Assembly (NCBI GenBank): GCA_002189035.1
Contig: CM007989.1
Coordinates: 8,184,001-8,248,000, forward strand
Reading direction: 5' to 3'
From: Utricularia gibba
Lineage: Eukaryota > Plantae > Magnoliophyta
DNA: 64,000 nt
The notes under the pieces are model-generated. The model saw nothing but the letters and a program-made list of their open reading frames with translations, was not told where the DNA came from and made no database searches. The position numbers and the translations under genes were made by a program. Shown in pieces: positions 14,641-28,570 of the stretch (its first letter is position 1; the number at the start of each line of letters is the position of its first letter).

Positions 14641-16142
14641 TCACATCTTGTTAACACGCAGTCCCCCAACTTGTTCACTCATCTTGCTCAGATGCGCTAG
14701 TCTTCTTTTGGCAGAATCCAGAGTTTCTAACTTTGACTTCTCTGTAGCTGTTTCATCATCCCTGAATTCGTTGTAAGTTTCTGTTGCTGTGTTTTCCACA
14801 ACTATCCTCTCTAATGCATCCACAACCTTGCTCATACTTGGGCGCTCTCTTGAGCTATAAACCAAGCAACTATCAGCTAATTCAGCAAGCTGTCTTGCTT
14901 GACTCAGAGAGTACTTGTTCTCCAGCCTTGGATCCATGATCATCTCAAAGTTTGCAATGTGATGTTGCACCCACATCACAAGATCCTGCTCCGGTTTGGG
15001 CCGCCTGCGATCCAGTGATCTTCTTCCGGTTAACACTTCATATAGAACTACACCATAGCTCCATACATCGCTCTTCGAACTTAGGTGCCCGGTTCGGATG
15101 TAGTCTGGTGCGGCATAGCCATACGTCCCAAGGACCTTGAGCAACGGCACAGGACATGGAAGCATAGAGTTAGGTTGTCTGGACTAAAGAAAAATGTGGC
15201 ATGCGTCTGGTTAGTTGCAAGTACCGTGGTGGAAACATGGGAACGATCTGCAGCCGGTCCTTCCCTTGCGAGACCGAAGTCCGAGAGCTTTGGAGTGAAT
15301 GTTTCATCTAAAAGCACGTTGGATGCTTTGAAATCTCGGTAGATGACCTGATCATTGAGAATAATGATCATCTAAAGCTTAAGAAGTTGTTTGGATTGGA
15401 AGATGAAGAGGATGGGAACTTGAAACCTGAACTTCCATGCCTTCGTGTAGGTAGGCCAGTCCTCTAGCAGCCCCCAGCAGTATCTGCAATCTGCATTCCC
15501 AGCATAATGGAGGATACGCCCTGCGGAAGAGATGATCATCAAGGCTTCTGTTCATCATGTACTCATAGACAAGAAGCCTCTGGATGCCTTTTTCAGTGTT
15601 GGCTGCAGAGTAGCCAAGGAGTTTGACGAGATTGGGATGCTCGACGATGCCGAGAAACTGCACTTCAGACACCCATTGTCTGTGGCCCTGAAACAAGACA
15701 GGATTCAGTACTTAGACAAGGGACATAAATCATGATCACACCAGTCACTTGCAGAATTTCAAGTTCAAGCAGGTTTTGCAGAAACTACCTGAAATCCATT
15801 AGGTTTGAGTTTCTTAATAGCAACCACCACCTTATAAGGTGAACTACCTTTGCTGGCCTTGATGCGGCCCTTGTAGACCCATCCAAAGCCACCTTCACCA
15901 ACCATTTGCGACTTGGAAAAGTCACCAGTTGCTTGTCTTAAATCACGGTATGGAAAAACTCTCATCTTGTGAGCGTTCTCTTTGTATAGTTCCGGAACAC
16001 TGCGAGGGGATGCTGCTGCTGAACAAGGTTCAGCTGTCGCCTCACTTTCTGACAACCCAGATCCAATCTGATCGTTGGACACCGGAACTGATTCTCGAGG
16101 TTTATTTCTTTTCTTCCACTTGCAATAGGGCAAGCACCCCAT
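14641..16142 (-). CDS. Receptor-like cytoplasmic kinase, subfamily VII (PBL19-like)
   Basis: MGC N-terminus, [27 protein letters not shown] and [10 protein letters not shown] across 4 in-phase exons. Confidence 0.92.
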
Positions 16143-17303
16143 GTTTCTCTACTTGAAGCCTCAGAACAGAGCCAGCTCAAAACCAAAACTTCGGCAATAT
16201 CTCAAGGAGAAAACAAGAACATCTAACGCCACAACATGAGTATAGAGCTTCAGGAGAGACGCTTCAGTCCTAAACTGAATACAAATCAAAACTGCCTGAA
16301 GTAAATAAAAGAAAAGAACAGTGATGCAAAAACCACCTTTTCCGGTTCTGGTTACAAAAACTTGGCGAATATATCAAAAGGGAAATCCCAGTGCACAACT
16401 TCAGCACGGCGAAGACCTGCCAAACATGCAGACAAATTCATCCACATATTAAATATAAGAATCCCAATAGAAAAAAGCCATCTGTAGCAGAAATTGAAGA
16501 ATGGGTCTTCGCTGTCTTACTCTAAGGTTGGTAGACAATGAAAATGGGGAAGAGTCAAAGTTAGGAGCCAGCCCACTTCCATCTATGGATTTACCCCTTT
16601 GCCAAGGCTCCATGCCTACGCTCGTGTACGGCCCTTCTCTTCATACCCTACCGAATTCCTGTCTACATCCTCACTATGGAGTTCGCCCTGGCTCATACCT
16701 TGAGTCGAACCAGTCTAATATGACTCTTCTGCATAGTTGTGTGACTCCCCGAATTCTGAACCTGATCCATACTCTCAATCCCGGCCTGAGAATGCTAAAA
16801 TCCAGCATTCCGGTGGACAAGTCACACCGTTTTTTCAGAACTCGCGGCACATAAAGGAAATGGGGAGCTGCTACTCTATCGTCAATGACACAACACAATA
16901 CTTCATCTGTCCGTTCCTTGTGCTTCTGCTGTTTAACATTCAGTCTTTTGTGCTAACATACACTTAAGCGCGCTTCATTTGCATCATCATGCTCTATGAA
17001 CAAAGAAAAATAGTACATGCCGCGATAGAAAATGGGAAGAAACAAGATCAGCTTTTGTTAACAGAATGGTTGTTCATGACGCAACAACAAGACAATGATA
17101 ACTGCCTTTACTCCCCCTAACGGAGGAGCGTCAACTGAGAATCAATGAATCTACAAGGTACTACAAATCTAAGGAACAGCAGAAGCAAAAACAACGTATG
17201 ATCAAACAACATCCTACACTTGAATATGGAGAGCAGACCGTATTGTAGTCGACTTACAGTGATCTTGAGAGCACAAGTGAGCTGTAATTCAGCTATCCCA
17301 AGT

Positions 17304-18284
17304 TCATTTTAAACCTCCACCAGGTGGAGTACGGCTTCTTCTGGCACTGGAATCAGACAACGCTTCCAAAATCATATGTTGGCACTCCATTATCATCTCT
17401 GTTCTCTTCCTCTCCGATTCCAGCCTCATCTGATCAATTTCCTTCAACATCTCCATCTTTGCCATCTCAGATCTAGCGAAACCCTCACCCAGTGAATGAA
17501 TAGCAGCAATCACCTCATCAAAACCGGGACTCGCCTTGGAAACATCACTACCCCGTTTTGCCATCTCACGAAATCCACCAAAGCCATCCTTCATAGGTTT
17601 GCCGGAGCCACCTCCATTAACACCAGGAGCAGAATTGCTATATCTTGAGTTCGGCAGGTCAAATTTGGGGGCACGAGAAGCAGGATTCATCCCACCAGGG
17701 ATCTTGATTCGGAACCCACCCGAGGCCCCATTATTATTCTCCGGCATTTGGGCCACCGACACCGCTTTGTGATTCTGACTATACAGATCTCGGATCCGTT
17801 TCACGCTATTCTGATGTTCATCCTCCTCCTCGTCTGAAGACGACGGAGGTGTCGGATTCGGGTTCGGCCCTCTTTCCATGGCGTGCATCTTCTGGAAGTG
17901 CACCCACGACGAGGAGAAACGTCGTACGCCTCCATGAGCCGCGGCCCGTTGAATATCAGCGCGGTACCTCTTCCTCAGCTTCTCCATCTTGTGACGGCAC
18001 TGAACAGCGGTCTTAGATGGTATCGCCGGGCATCTTGAAGCGACGCCGTCAGCAACCTCCTGCCAATGATTAGCCCTGAGATTCCCACGGCGGAGGGAGT
18101 ACCACTTATCCCTGTAAGCATCGATCAGGGCAACGGTTTCTTCAGCCGACCAACAGGGAGGGGGGAGACGCCTGGACGAGGCGGAGGCAGAGACGGCGAC
18201 GGCGGATGGGAGCGCTAGGGTTGCGGTAGGGAGGAGATCGTCGTCAGGATTCGAGGGGGATGACGGAGAAACGGTGGTGGCCAT
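17304..18284 (-). CDS. Trihelix transcription factor (SIP1/ASIL clade), intronless CDS
   Basis: PPPCWSAEETVALIDAYRDKW...NHWQEVA...QCRHKMEKLRKRYR plus a C-terminal coiled coil. Confidence 0.9.
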   Translation of the reverse strand: MATTVSPSSPSNPDDDLLPTATLALPSAVAVSASASSRRLPPPCWSAEETVALIDAYRDKWYSLRRGNLRANHWQEVADGVASRCPAIPSKTAVQCRHKMEKLRKRYRADIQRAAAHGGVRRFSSSWVHFQKMHAMERGPNPNPTPPSSSDEEEDEHQNSVKRIRDLYSQNHKAVSVAQMPENNNGASGGFRIKIPGGMNPASRAPKFDLPNSRYSNSAPGVNGGGSGKPMKDGFGGFREMAKRGSDVSKASPGFDEVIAAIHSLGEGFARSEMAKMEMLKEIDQMRLESERKRTEMIMECQHMILEALSDSSARRSRTPPGGGLK

Positions 18285-18854
18285 GGAGGAGATGGGGATA
18301 TGACGGAGGTGGAATGATTGCGGTGGGGTAACGCCAAAGAAGGTGGGCTTAAAGGAGGGGGAGGCGGCAGAGGCGCAGCCACGGGCGGCTGAGTTGGACT
18401 CGTGAAAGGGCTGGGCAGCCCACCGCGGGGGCGGCTACGGCTATTGAGGGCGGCCGCGTGGACCTCCATTTCCATTTTTTCGCCCCCCCTCACTCAACTA
18501 ACCGCATCCGTCTCCCATAAAAAACAACGACCTGCACAAATAATCCACCTGCAATTAATATACATTATTGCATTTTCACCCCTGCTGTAAAAAGACTTTT
18601 ACCCCTAGTTACTGTACACTTTCACCGCTGCTGCAAAAACATTATCATCACTTATCAGAGAGGACAAGAGCATAGTAGGGTCATGTCTGATACGACTCAT
18701 AGGATAAGTGCGGCAAACATGGCCAAACATTCAGCATCCGCCATACATACTTTACCCATGCGAAAGCAGCAAGTAAAGAACAGGTCTTCCAAAAGGTTCA
18801 CCTCCGAGGCAGTCCTCGACTTACTTGGCCACACGGCTTGGCTCAAGGGGCCTG

Positions 18855-19966
<1,112 letters not shown>

Positions 19967-20190
19967 CGAAGGAAATGATAAGAACACTCGAGAACCGCAG
20001 AAACCCCTCACCTCGAACGAAGACAGTGAGAACGTGTAGGAGAATCGGCGGGTTTTATAGGAGCACTCCCTTCAAAATTTGCAGGCCGATATACCCGTTG
20101 GTAAGACATATACATGGGCCTGATACGCTGTGTAGCCCAACAGCCTGAAGGCCCATTATTCAAACATAAAGCCCATGTTTTCCAGAAGGT
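19967..20190. promoter_or_regulatory. Compact bidirectional promoter with four Site II elements
   Basis: Head-to-head ATGs about 224 bp apart; TGGGCC at 20115, AGCCCA at 20134, GGCCCA at 20150 and AGCCCA at 20170. Confidence 0.65.
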
Positions 20191-20662
20191 ATGAAAATGG
20201 GCGGCGACGGCGACCATTCCGCAAACGATGCGATGGAGGAAGAGGAGGATAAGTGGGTGGCGCGTGAGAGCTGGTGGTGGGCCGGCGGGGCCGCTGCCCA
20301 ATTGGGTTGGGGGATTTCGATTTACAGATGGGGATACTCCGGCGATTCGCGCTTAATGCCATTTAAGGCCTTCGCCGTCGCTTCGCTCTTCGTCGGCGCC
20401 GCCGCCACCGCCGCAGTAGGATCCGCTCGATCGTCTGGATTCTGCACTGTAAGAAAACGACTTGATCGCAAGAACAAAACTAATTGTTACCATTATGAGT
20501 CGTTGGTCTCCGTTAAGTTCCGCATTCAATCACTGTGAACTGGTCTTGTAGGTCGAAGACATGAAGATATCTGGAGCCAACATCAGAAGCAGGATAAGAT
20601 CAAGAAGCAAGAATGCTAAACAGCACCTAGAAAACAATAGCAGTGGACAGCAGCAAGATTAG
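20191..20662 (+). CDS. Small conserved plant membrane protein of unknown function (~122 aa)
   Basis: Exon 20191-20448 (WWWAGGAAAQLGWG...GDSRLMPFKAFAVASLFVGAAA) plus exon 20552-20662 (VEDMK..GANIR), in phase. Confidence 0.75.
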
Positions 20663-20767
20663 AGGTCTGCATTTCATTGAAAGGTGACAGAATTTCAGTT
20701 TCATTGGGCAAAAAAACCAATGCGGCAGGGGGGTAGCAGAAATAAGGTTATTCATTGTACTGTATGA

Positions 20768-22793
20768 TCAGGCAGGAATGTATGACTCGAGCATGAGTTG
20801 AGCCGGGGATGGCGATGCAACATCGACAATCAAATACATGAACTTCCATTGTTTGTCAACCTTGTCCTTGAACATCTCAGAGTACACTTTTCCTGCTCCA
20901 TGAGGTCCACGAACATGGAAATTCACCTGTAATGGAAGAAATTATCAGCCCCAATTCTACAATGGCTGAATGGGTAAGATGTGCTTACAACAACATGCTC
21001 GACACCATCCTCGTCGTTCCATGCTTTGTGTGGAATGCGTTGGCGTGCAGCACGGTTCCGACTTTCTGATCCATAGCCTGTAATCGGGGATCCAATTCTG
21101 ACCCGGACCTGTTTTATTTGAACGGCAGAAGCATGTAAATAGAGGTACTAGTCCAAAATACATGGGCAGGTGCGAAGTGCAGGCTTGAGTAACATACCTG
21201 GCCATCATTTTGAACTCTTTCAAGAGCCTTGTTGAATATTACGTACCTAACAAATGTATACCTTGGTTAAAAGGTCATGATCAGAAACAAGAGAGTTTCA
21301 TTTTCGATCAATAACTTACTCTTTTGGTTGAAATACAAGTTCCTTAAGAACCCCATATGCTGCAACACCAGCAATGCCAAGGCCAGCAAGAATAACGAAG
21401 GTGTATGAAGCTCCTTCCACAAATGTCACTGGCTTCTCGGGAATATTATATGTTGGCGAATCAAAGGGATCCTCGAAAGTTGTTATAGCCTGATTAAATA
21501 AAAGATAGGACAATGACAATAATCCTCAATACTGATAACAACGCTGCAGCAATGCTCATTCTTTAGACAGAAGAGTATATTTCGCTCATAGAATATGATC
21601 TGAGCCTTACCTCAGTCTTTTTTTTCCCATTTGGTTCAGTAGCTTTTGCAGCGAAACATCTCTTGAAACTAGAACGTCCCATTGTCGTTCTACAGCTGGA
21701 AGCCAGTTGAAATGGTGAATGGCTGTACAAGGCACGCCGCATTGGCCAGAGACTCCAAAGATGGTTAGATTTACCTGGGAAACAAGGAGACTCGTTGCAT
21801 TCAACACACCATGAATAAACCCTAAACCCCAAAGTCTGGCTAAGCCAAAACCGCATGAATAACTAAGGCAAGACTTGCATCCTTTAAATCGGAGAGAAAA
21901 GTCTACAACCACAGCTACTTGTTGTAGAACAGCCTCTCAAATGGTCTCAGCAGCTAATTAGATTTCAAGTAGAGAAGATGAATAAAGGCAGTGCATGTAG
22001 CCCCAATACGTAAGATGCAAAATTTTATCAGAGAATGTGAATACTACAAGCAGCTGAAACAAATTCTATAAGCATATTCTGAAACAACGTCAAAGCGATC
22101 ACTTCTTTATACAAAAGAAACGTACTAACCTGCAACTTGATGTGCAACCTGCGTTTAAGTGAAGAAAATAAATTATCATTACCACAAGCTTCAAAACTAC
22201 AGCAACAAGATACGAATCAACAGACTCATGAGAAAGGAAGCACAGTTATCATGATTACGATTTAAGACATCTAGCCTGCATCTTAATAGTCATTTCAATG
22301 CATAACTCTTGTAGGAATCCGTTTCACATACATACACCACAACTATACACATCAAATTCCACCTTTATAAACATTAAAATGCAAGCAATTCAAGTTCCCT
22401 TACTTTTAACATACAATGGGAATAAGGGTTGCCATTAGAGGATACGATTAAAATCTCCTAATTTTTCATCAAATCTAATTCAGCGCTCCAATGAGGGAAA
22501 AAAAACCCATATCTCAAAAACCGAACAATTCAATGTGGAAAACTCATTTCGTGTTCCCATATACATCTGCAAGCCACAAATATTACGGCAACACGCACTA
22601 TGTATGAATTCAAACAAGCGCCAGTAATGAACACGGACAAGAGAATTAAACACTAACGGCCAAAAGAAACAGAAATTTGAGCCTGACTCACCTTCAGAGG
22701 ATGACTACTCTGCCCGGGTCGCTGAATTGATGACCTCATAGTGGTCAACAATTCAGTTTTTGCATAGAGAAAACTTCTTCTCAAATGTTGCAT
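20768..22793 (-). CDS. TIM21: Mitochondrial inner membrane translocase subunit Tim21
   Basis: [67 protein letters not shown]...LMLESYIPA. Presequence-like exon 1 from 22793. The N-terminal exon phases were not fully resolved. Confidence 0.9.
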
Positions 22794-23039
22794 CTTCTTC
22801 GAACAAATAGCAGGCCCTCCTTGTTCCTTCTTTCTTGTTCACCAAGAAAAATCCGATTGTCAGGATTCCCCGCTTCTTTCCACTGTAGCTTTCAGAAGGC
22901 CGAAAACACCACACAAGAAGGCTTTTCCTCTACCATCACCTGGATAGATTCCTATCAGTCTTCTCGAAGAAGGAAGGCTTCAGCAAAGAAACGGCGACGA
23001 AACGACCCCCGAGCCGGAATCCATCGTGGGCGCTTATTG

Positions 23040-23155
23040 TTTTGCCCCTGGGCCAGAGTGTAAACTGCGAGCTCCATTAATTTTAATCCAGATAAGCCCA
23101 ATAAAAGCCCATTAATAATTGGGCCTCCATGAAATTCACGTGCGTAGGGCCAGTC
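23040..23155. promoter_or_regulatory. Site II cluster upstream of TIM21
   Basis: TGGGCC and AGCCCA motifs, each repeated. Site II elements are typical of nuclear genes for mitochondrial proteins (established). Confidence 0.6.
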
Positions 23156-23552
23156 CAAATGCTATATAGGGATCCTGATTCACTCAATGCTCGGACATTG
23201 ATTGTTGACTCTGTGCTGTCCAATCCTGTGTCTAGGTTTGCCCACGCAACGGCCACGTCACGTCGTGCTGTACTATTGGGTAGATTTGATGATCCTATAA
23301 AAAGCTGTGGTTTCTTTGTGAGTCGAAGATGTAACCGTGTGTCCATATGATGGGTGGGGGAACATACACGTGAAATCCCAAAGTACACAATAAACGTGAA
23401 AAAAAAATTAGACCTAAATGATTAATTATGATCTATAATTTTTTATATATTAGATTATTCTATTTTTATTTCTTCATTTTTTAAATGAAGTTCGCGTTTT
23501 ATTGGCATACTACGGTCTTCGTTGAGATGGTAACAACAGTAGAAGGAAAGTT

Positions 23553-25553
23553 TCATCGGAGTGTTTTCGATGATACACACACATTCATCCCAGGAGCCAC
23601 GATTGGAAAACCTAATTGTGCATGATGAAACTGGTTTTGTGGAAACTGTTGGAAAAAATCAGGTCAGCTAAAGCAGGCGACCCTTATTTTGATGCCATGC
23701 TTCTCCATCCCACGAGAAGGAGTTCACTGCCAATGACATGGAAGAGGAGCAAGTTCAGAGATTGAACTTTAGGGTTCGTAACTTCTTAGGGTTAATAAGA
23801 AGATCTAAGAATGTGATTGACTGCACCTGCTGGCACACGTTCGGCTTCTTCACGGGCTCCTCCGGCATGAACCCGAAATGGATACGTGGAAAATGTGCCC
23901 ACTGAAAGAAAGTCAGTGAAGATTTTGGTGATGAATGCTCAAACTCTGAAACTCAGAGAAGATAAAGTAAACCCTAGTAAACAGATGCGACCAACCTACC
24001 CCAATCACAAAGAAATTGACTTGGCACCAAATCTTTTATTTTGATTCGGTTATCTTATGATGTAAGTTGGATTTACGTAGCCCCCCATTCCCGACTGACA
24101 ATTCTACACACCACAGCTCTAAACAATGCCTAATTTCGATGGACAGAATGTGTTGGACGCCAAAGTTGATTTCTTTGGGACTTACATTTTTGGCAGCAGC
24201 GCTGAAGGCTTCCCTGTGAGTGATATCGGGGTTCTCGGCTTTGATGCGCTGAATCTCCTCTCTGCAAATTTGGCTGGTAATAATCAGAAAGGTCACTACT
24301 TTTCCACGGCTCAAAATCCATAGCCAATTGTATAGTGTATCTACTGTTGAAACATTGACCAGCAAGATTACTATTCAGTGTTCAAAGGATCGCGTTATCT
24401 CCAGGCCACGCACTGTTTTCCATTAAAACTTGTGCGCTGTATGAGAATAAAGCTGCAGTATCTAACCCCTTCTCTGCAGCTTTACTGTTCATGCACAGCA
24501 GCTTCCGAGAAGGGTAGGGTGCATAAATCATAAATGTGGCCACATTTGAACGCTATAGAATGATTGATGCTGATGATGTAATAAGATAACGAATTTTTCT
24601 TCACGTCTGTTCTGAAAAATAAAGAGCAAAACTTACTTGATGAAACGATTGTAGGCAGAGGGCGCTCGCTGTCTTTTCTCCGGGGCTGCAATCAAAACAT
24701 TCCAAAGATTGATTAATCTGCATGCTGGTTTCTGATTTCGTCCCCAATTTGAAGAATTTTGGAAGGGAAATGTAAAGTGAAATGAACGAATATGAGATTC
24801 ATATGCTGTTTCAAGTAGATCCTGCATTCAATGCATCGCTGCAGTCAAACCCCCTTCTACCTCATCACACCTTCATCATTACTTAATGATTTTACATCGC
24901 TTTTTTTCCTGAACATTAATACTCAAATGCAGGAAAGCAACGTGTAGAAGAAGGGTTTTATCACAGGAACTAATCTCACGTCGATTGGCGACCGGAGGCT
25001 TCGGATGCGCCTCCATTCTTCCGACGGGTAGCAGAGGCTGGTTCACAAGCTGATTCACAGACGGAGGCCTAGTTTCCTCGTGTGTAAGTTCGCAATCATA
25101 CGCATTCTGTTCACTTGAACCACGCAACTTCAAGTTCCAATGCGAATACCCCCAAAAAGGAAAGGGAACTTAGAGAAACACAAAGTTACCACATGATTGT
25201 GTGTGGGGAAAAGCGGGAGGCCCGGGAGGAGGTGATGCCCGGCGGCCGGAAGCAGCGGCCCCGGCATGTCGACCGACAAAATATTGGTGCAGCGCCCACA
25301 CCGTACAGTAACAGTCTTGAACAAGCTCGTACAAGGAACACTCACCTAAACGAACCAACAAAAACAACATCTTCTTCAAAAAGCTTAATGTTTTTTGTTT
25401 CCTTTGAAGGAAAGCAGTGTCTCATACCACGAGGAGGGTGTCGCAGACTCTGCAATGCACGTATCGGAGTTGCTCGGAGTCAGGGATCAGATGGTGGCTG
25501 CGGAGGTGCTCCGCCGGGGCGAGCGTTGAACCAGAAGAAGTTGAGAATGACAT
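23553..25553 (-). CDS. YAB1: YABBY transcription factor (FIL/YAB3-like)
   Basis: C2C2 finger (HCRVC...VRCGRC) and YABBY domain [45 protein letters not shown]. Seven exons; the last exon (23553-23645) is less certain. Confidence 0.9.
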
Positions 25554-25879
25554 CCCTAGTGATATGTTTCTTATTTGCCTTTTGCCCCAATGCTTTAGAG
25601 TGGCTGATTTGACTGATTGATTGGCATATGATCCTTCATTTCTCCCCCATCCTAGGTGTAAATATAAATATTTTAAATAAATATAATAAAAATATAAATA
25701 AATAATTTTATTATACTTTTAGCATGAAAGTGTGTGTTTTCAATAGTGTGATCAGGGTAAATTTGATGTCCTATACAAGTCGTTAGGTGATACGACATTG
25801 AGACACCTTATTTAAATAGTTAACAAATAGTATATTGTTAATAGTTTAATATGAGTTATTTTATCGAAAATCCAGGTAT

Positions 25880-26700
25880 CTATTGTTGTTCTACATAAGT
25901 TAGTTACTGGACTACAACCATAAGACATCTTTTTTGAAATATAGAGAATGTAGATCGATAATCCAATTTAAGAATCTTATATTATTAATGATTTAATCAT
26001 ATGATGTTGAACTATACGAACATACTTTATTCATAATTCACACATATAATGTCATTCTATACAAGTTGTTGTATGACTGCTACCATGACACATCTTTTTT
26101 AGGAGTATAGAGAATAGAGATCGATGATCCGATTTAAGAATCTTATATTATTAATGATTTAATCATATGATGTTGAACTATACGAACATACTTTATTCAT
26201 AATTCACACATATAATGTCATTCTATACAAGTTGTTGTATGACTGCTACCATGACACATCTTTTTTGGGAGTATAGAGAATAGAGATCGATGATCCGATT
26301 TAAGAATCTTATATTATTAATGATTTAATCATATGATGTTGAACTATACGAACATACTTTATTCATAATTCACACATATAATGTCATTCTATACAAGTTG
26401 TTGTATGACTGCTACCATGACACATCTTTTTTGGGAGTATAGAGAATAGAGATCGATGATCCGATTTAAGAATCTTATATTATTAATGATTTAATCATAT
26501 GATGTTGAACTATACGAACATACTTTATTCATAATTCACACATATAATGTCATTCTATACAAGTTGTTGTATGACTGCTACCATGACACATCTTTTTTGG
26601 GAGTATAGAGAATAGAGATCGATGATCCGATTTAAGAATCTTATATTATTAATGATTTAATCATATGATGTTGTACTATACGAACATATTTTGTTAAAAG
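25880..26700. repeat. AT-rich tandem array, 166-bp unit, about 4.5-5 near-identical copies with degenerate flanks
   Basis: The anchor (G/A)ATTTAAGAATCTTATA recurs at 25965, 26131, 26297, 26463 and 26629. Confidence 0.95.
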
Positions 26701-27600
26701 CCGACTTATTTTATGATAATTGTTGTTTTGCTAGAGTTGTTGCAAGCTAACCACCATGATGCAACTTGTTTGGAATATAGGGATCAATGATCCATTGCTA
26801 AAATGATTTAATAATTTTATATTGTTAATAGTTTAACACAAGTTATTTTATTTTACTATCATATTTTGATAGAAAACTAAATATTGTTTATATATTTAGT
26901 TGGTTGGTTGGTTGGTTGAGTTATATATAAAAAACAATTTATTGAAATCGTGCAATAAAAGATTAACAAAAATCCTGAAAGAGAATTGAGTTTTTTTCTA
27001 TCACGTGATAAAGCCTAATGACTTGCACCCTTTTAATCACTAATTCATTCATGAGTATTGCACCAAACAGACAGATTTGCTTTTGGGATCCATTTTCCTC
27101 CTCGTGCAATTTTTTATTTAAAAATTGTTAATATCACATTGTCTGAAAGGGCAGATAGGTAAATATAAAATATTATGCATATTAAATATATTTATTTCTG
27201 ACTTATCATTACCTCCAAAAAAAAGCCATAAATGGTGGCCACTCCTATCCTCTGCCTGTGTACATTGTACTGCACACAGCTTTTAAAACTTAAATTACTA
27301 AATTAACCTGACATCATAAATCAATATTATAAATAATATGTATAAAAATATTATCTTGATTGAAAAATGAAATTATTATTCATCGAAATACAATATTCAA
27401 ACAAAAATCTGAAGAGTTCTGGAAACTTATGTCAGACAAGAAATGGCGAGGACTCGAAGGCGGTTGCGGCTTCTGCCGGTTACGACGTGCGACCGTAGGA
27501 TTAGTATGATCCTGACAGCTCCAGGTGGCCGCAACTTGAGTCTTCTACACGTATGCGCCGAGGAGAGAAAGGAGACAGACCCGGAAACAAAATGAACTCC

Positions 27601-28570
27601 CTAACGGTTGACGAAGGTGATCCTGTTCGTCCCGTAGATGTAATCACAGTAGGTGAATATAGAGGAGAAGTTGCTTTTGCATCGCCGGCCGACGAAGTGG
27701 TGGTAGTCATGGTGCGCAGCTCCGGCGAAGAAGGGAAGGTACTTGGACGGACTCCAGGGGAAATCATACCTGATAGATAGATACATCGGGCGATGAGTTT
27801 TTTAATGTTTGGTCGTCTGTTGTGATTTCGTATGAATGAATGGTATGCGTACCCGGTGTGAGCTTCAATGGCGATCATTTCTCTTAGAAGGAACCAGACC
27901 CAGAAGGTTATCAGGTGTCCAGGGCACAAGACAGGGCCAAAAAACGTCGGCAACCCAAAGATGACAGCTTCAGCCCAGTGGGTGTAAGCCGAAGCGTAAC
28001 CAAAGGGAGCATTGTATTCATGGTGAACCCGATGGATCTTCTCGTAGCCCCAGTCGCGATGCATCAATCTGTGAAGCCAGTAGTTCGTGTAGTCCTCAAC
28101 GAGGAGGTACACTAGCAACTGAGAAAGCATCTCCCACGCAAACGGCAGCGGCAAACCCGTTCTGATTCCTATTACCTGCACACAGCACAGACGCTCACGT
28201 TCAGATGAAGCAGATGCGTATCGGAGACACCGGAGGGTACCTTGATCAGAGGGTAGAGCAGGGTGTATGCAGGGAGCAGGACAAGGAAGAAAGAAACCAT
28301 CACTTGTTTGTAGCAAGCGCCTATTTCCGCCAGCGAGCTTCTGACCTTCGGCTGAATCTTGAAGCCCTCGGAGGTCTCGTTCCCGATCACTTGCATCACC
28401 GCCAGCGGCAACGGGAGAAGGGTGTACAAAAGCCAGAAGAAAGCAATATTCTGCATGAACAAGAAGAAGTCCGATTTTGTCGCTGAGTAGTTGAACCAGA
28501 GAGCTTCCACACTTCTCAGCTCCCTTCCCAGAGCAATCTCCGCTTCCTGGATGGTTCCATAAGGCAGCAT
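27601..28570 (-). CDS. SMO1: Sterol 4-alpha-methyl oxidase SMO1-like (fatty acid hydroxylase superfamily), divergent
   Basis: MLPYGTIQEAEIALGR...LWFNYSATKSD; His boxes HRLMH, HRVHH and HHDYHH. Exons 28241-28570, 27853-28175 and 27601-27769 are in phase. Confidence 0.85.

Noticed and set aside
23695-23720. Partial miR164-like sequence in the YABBY last intron
   Set aside because: Only about 10 contiguous nt match; no hairpin.
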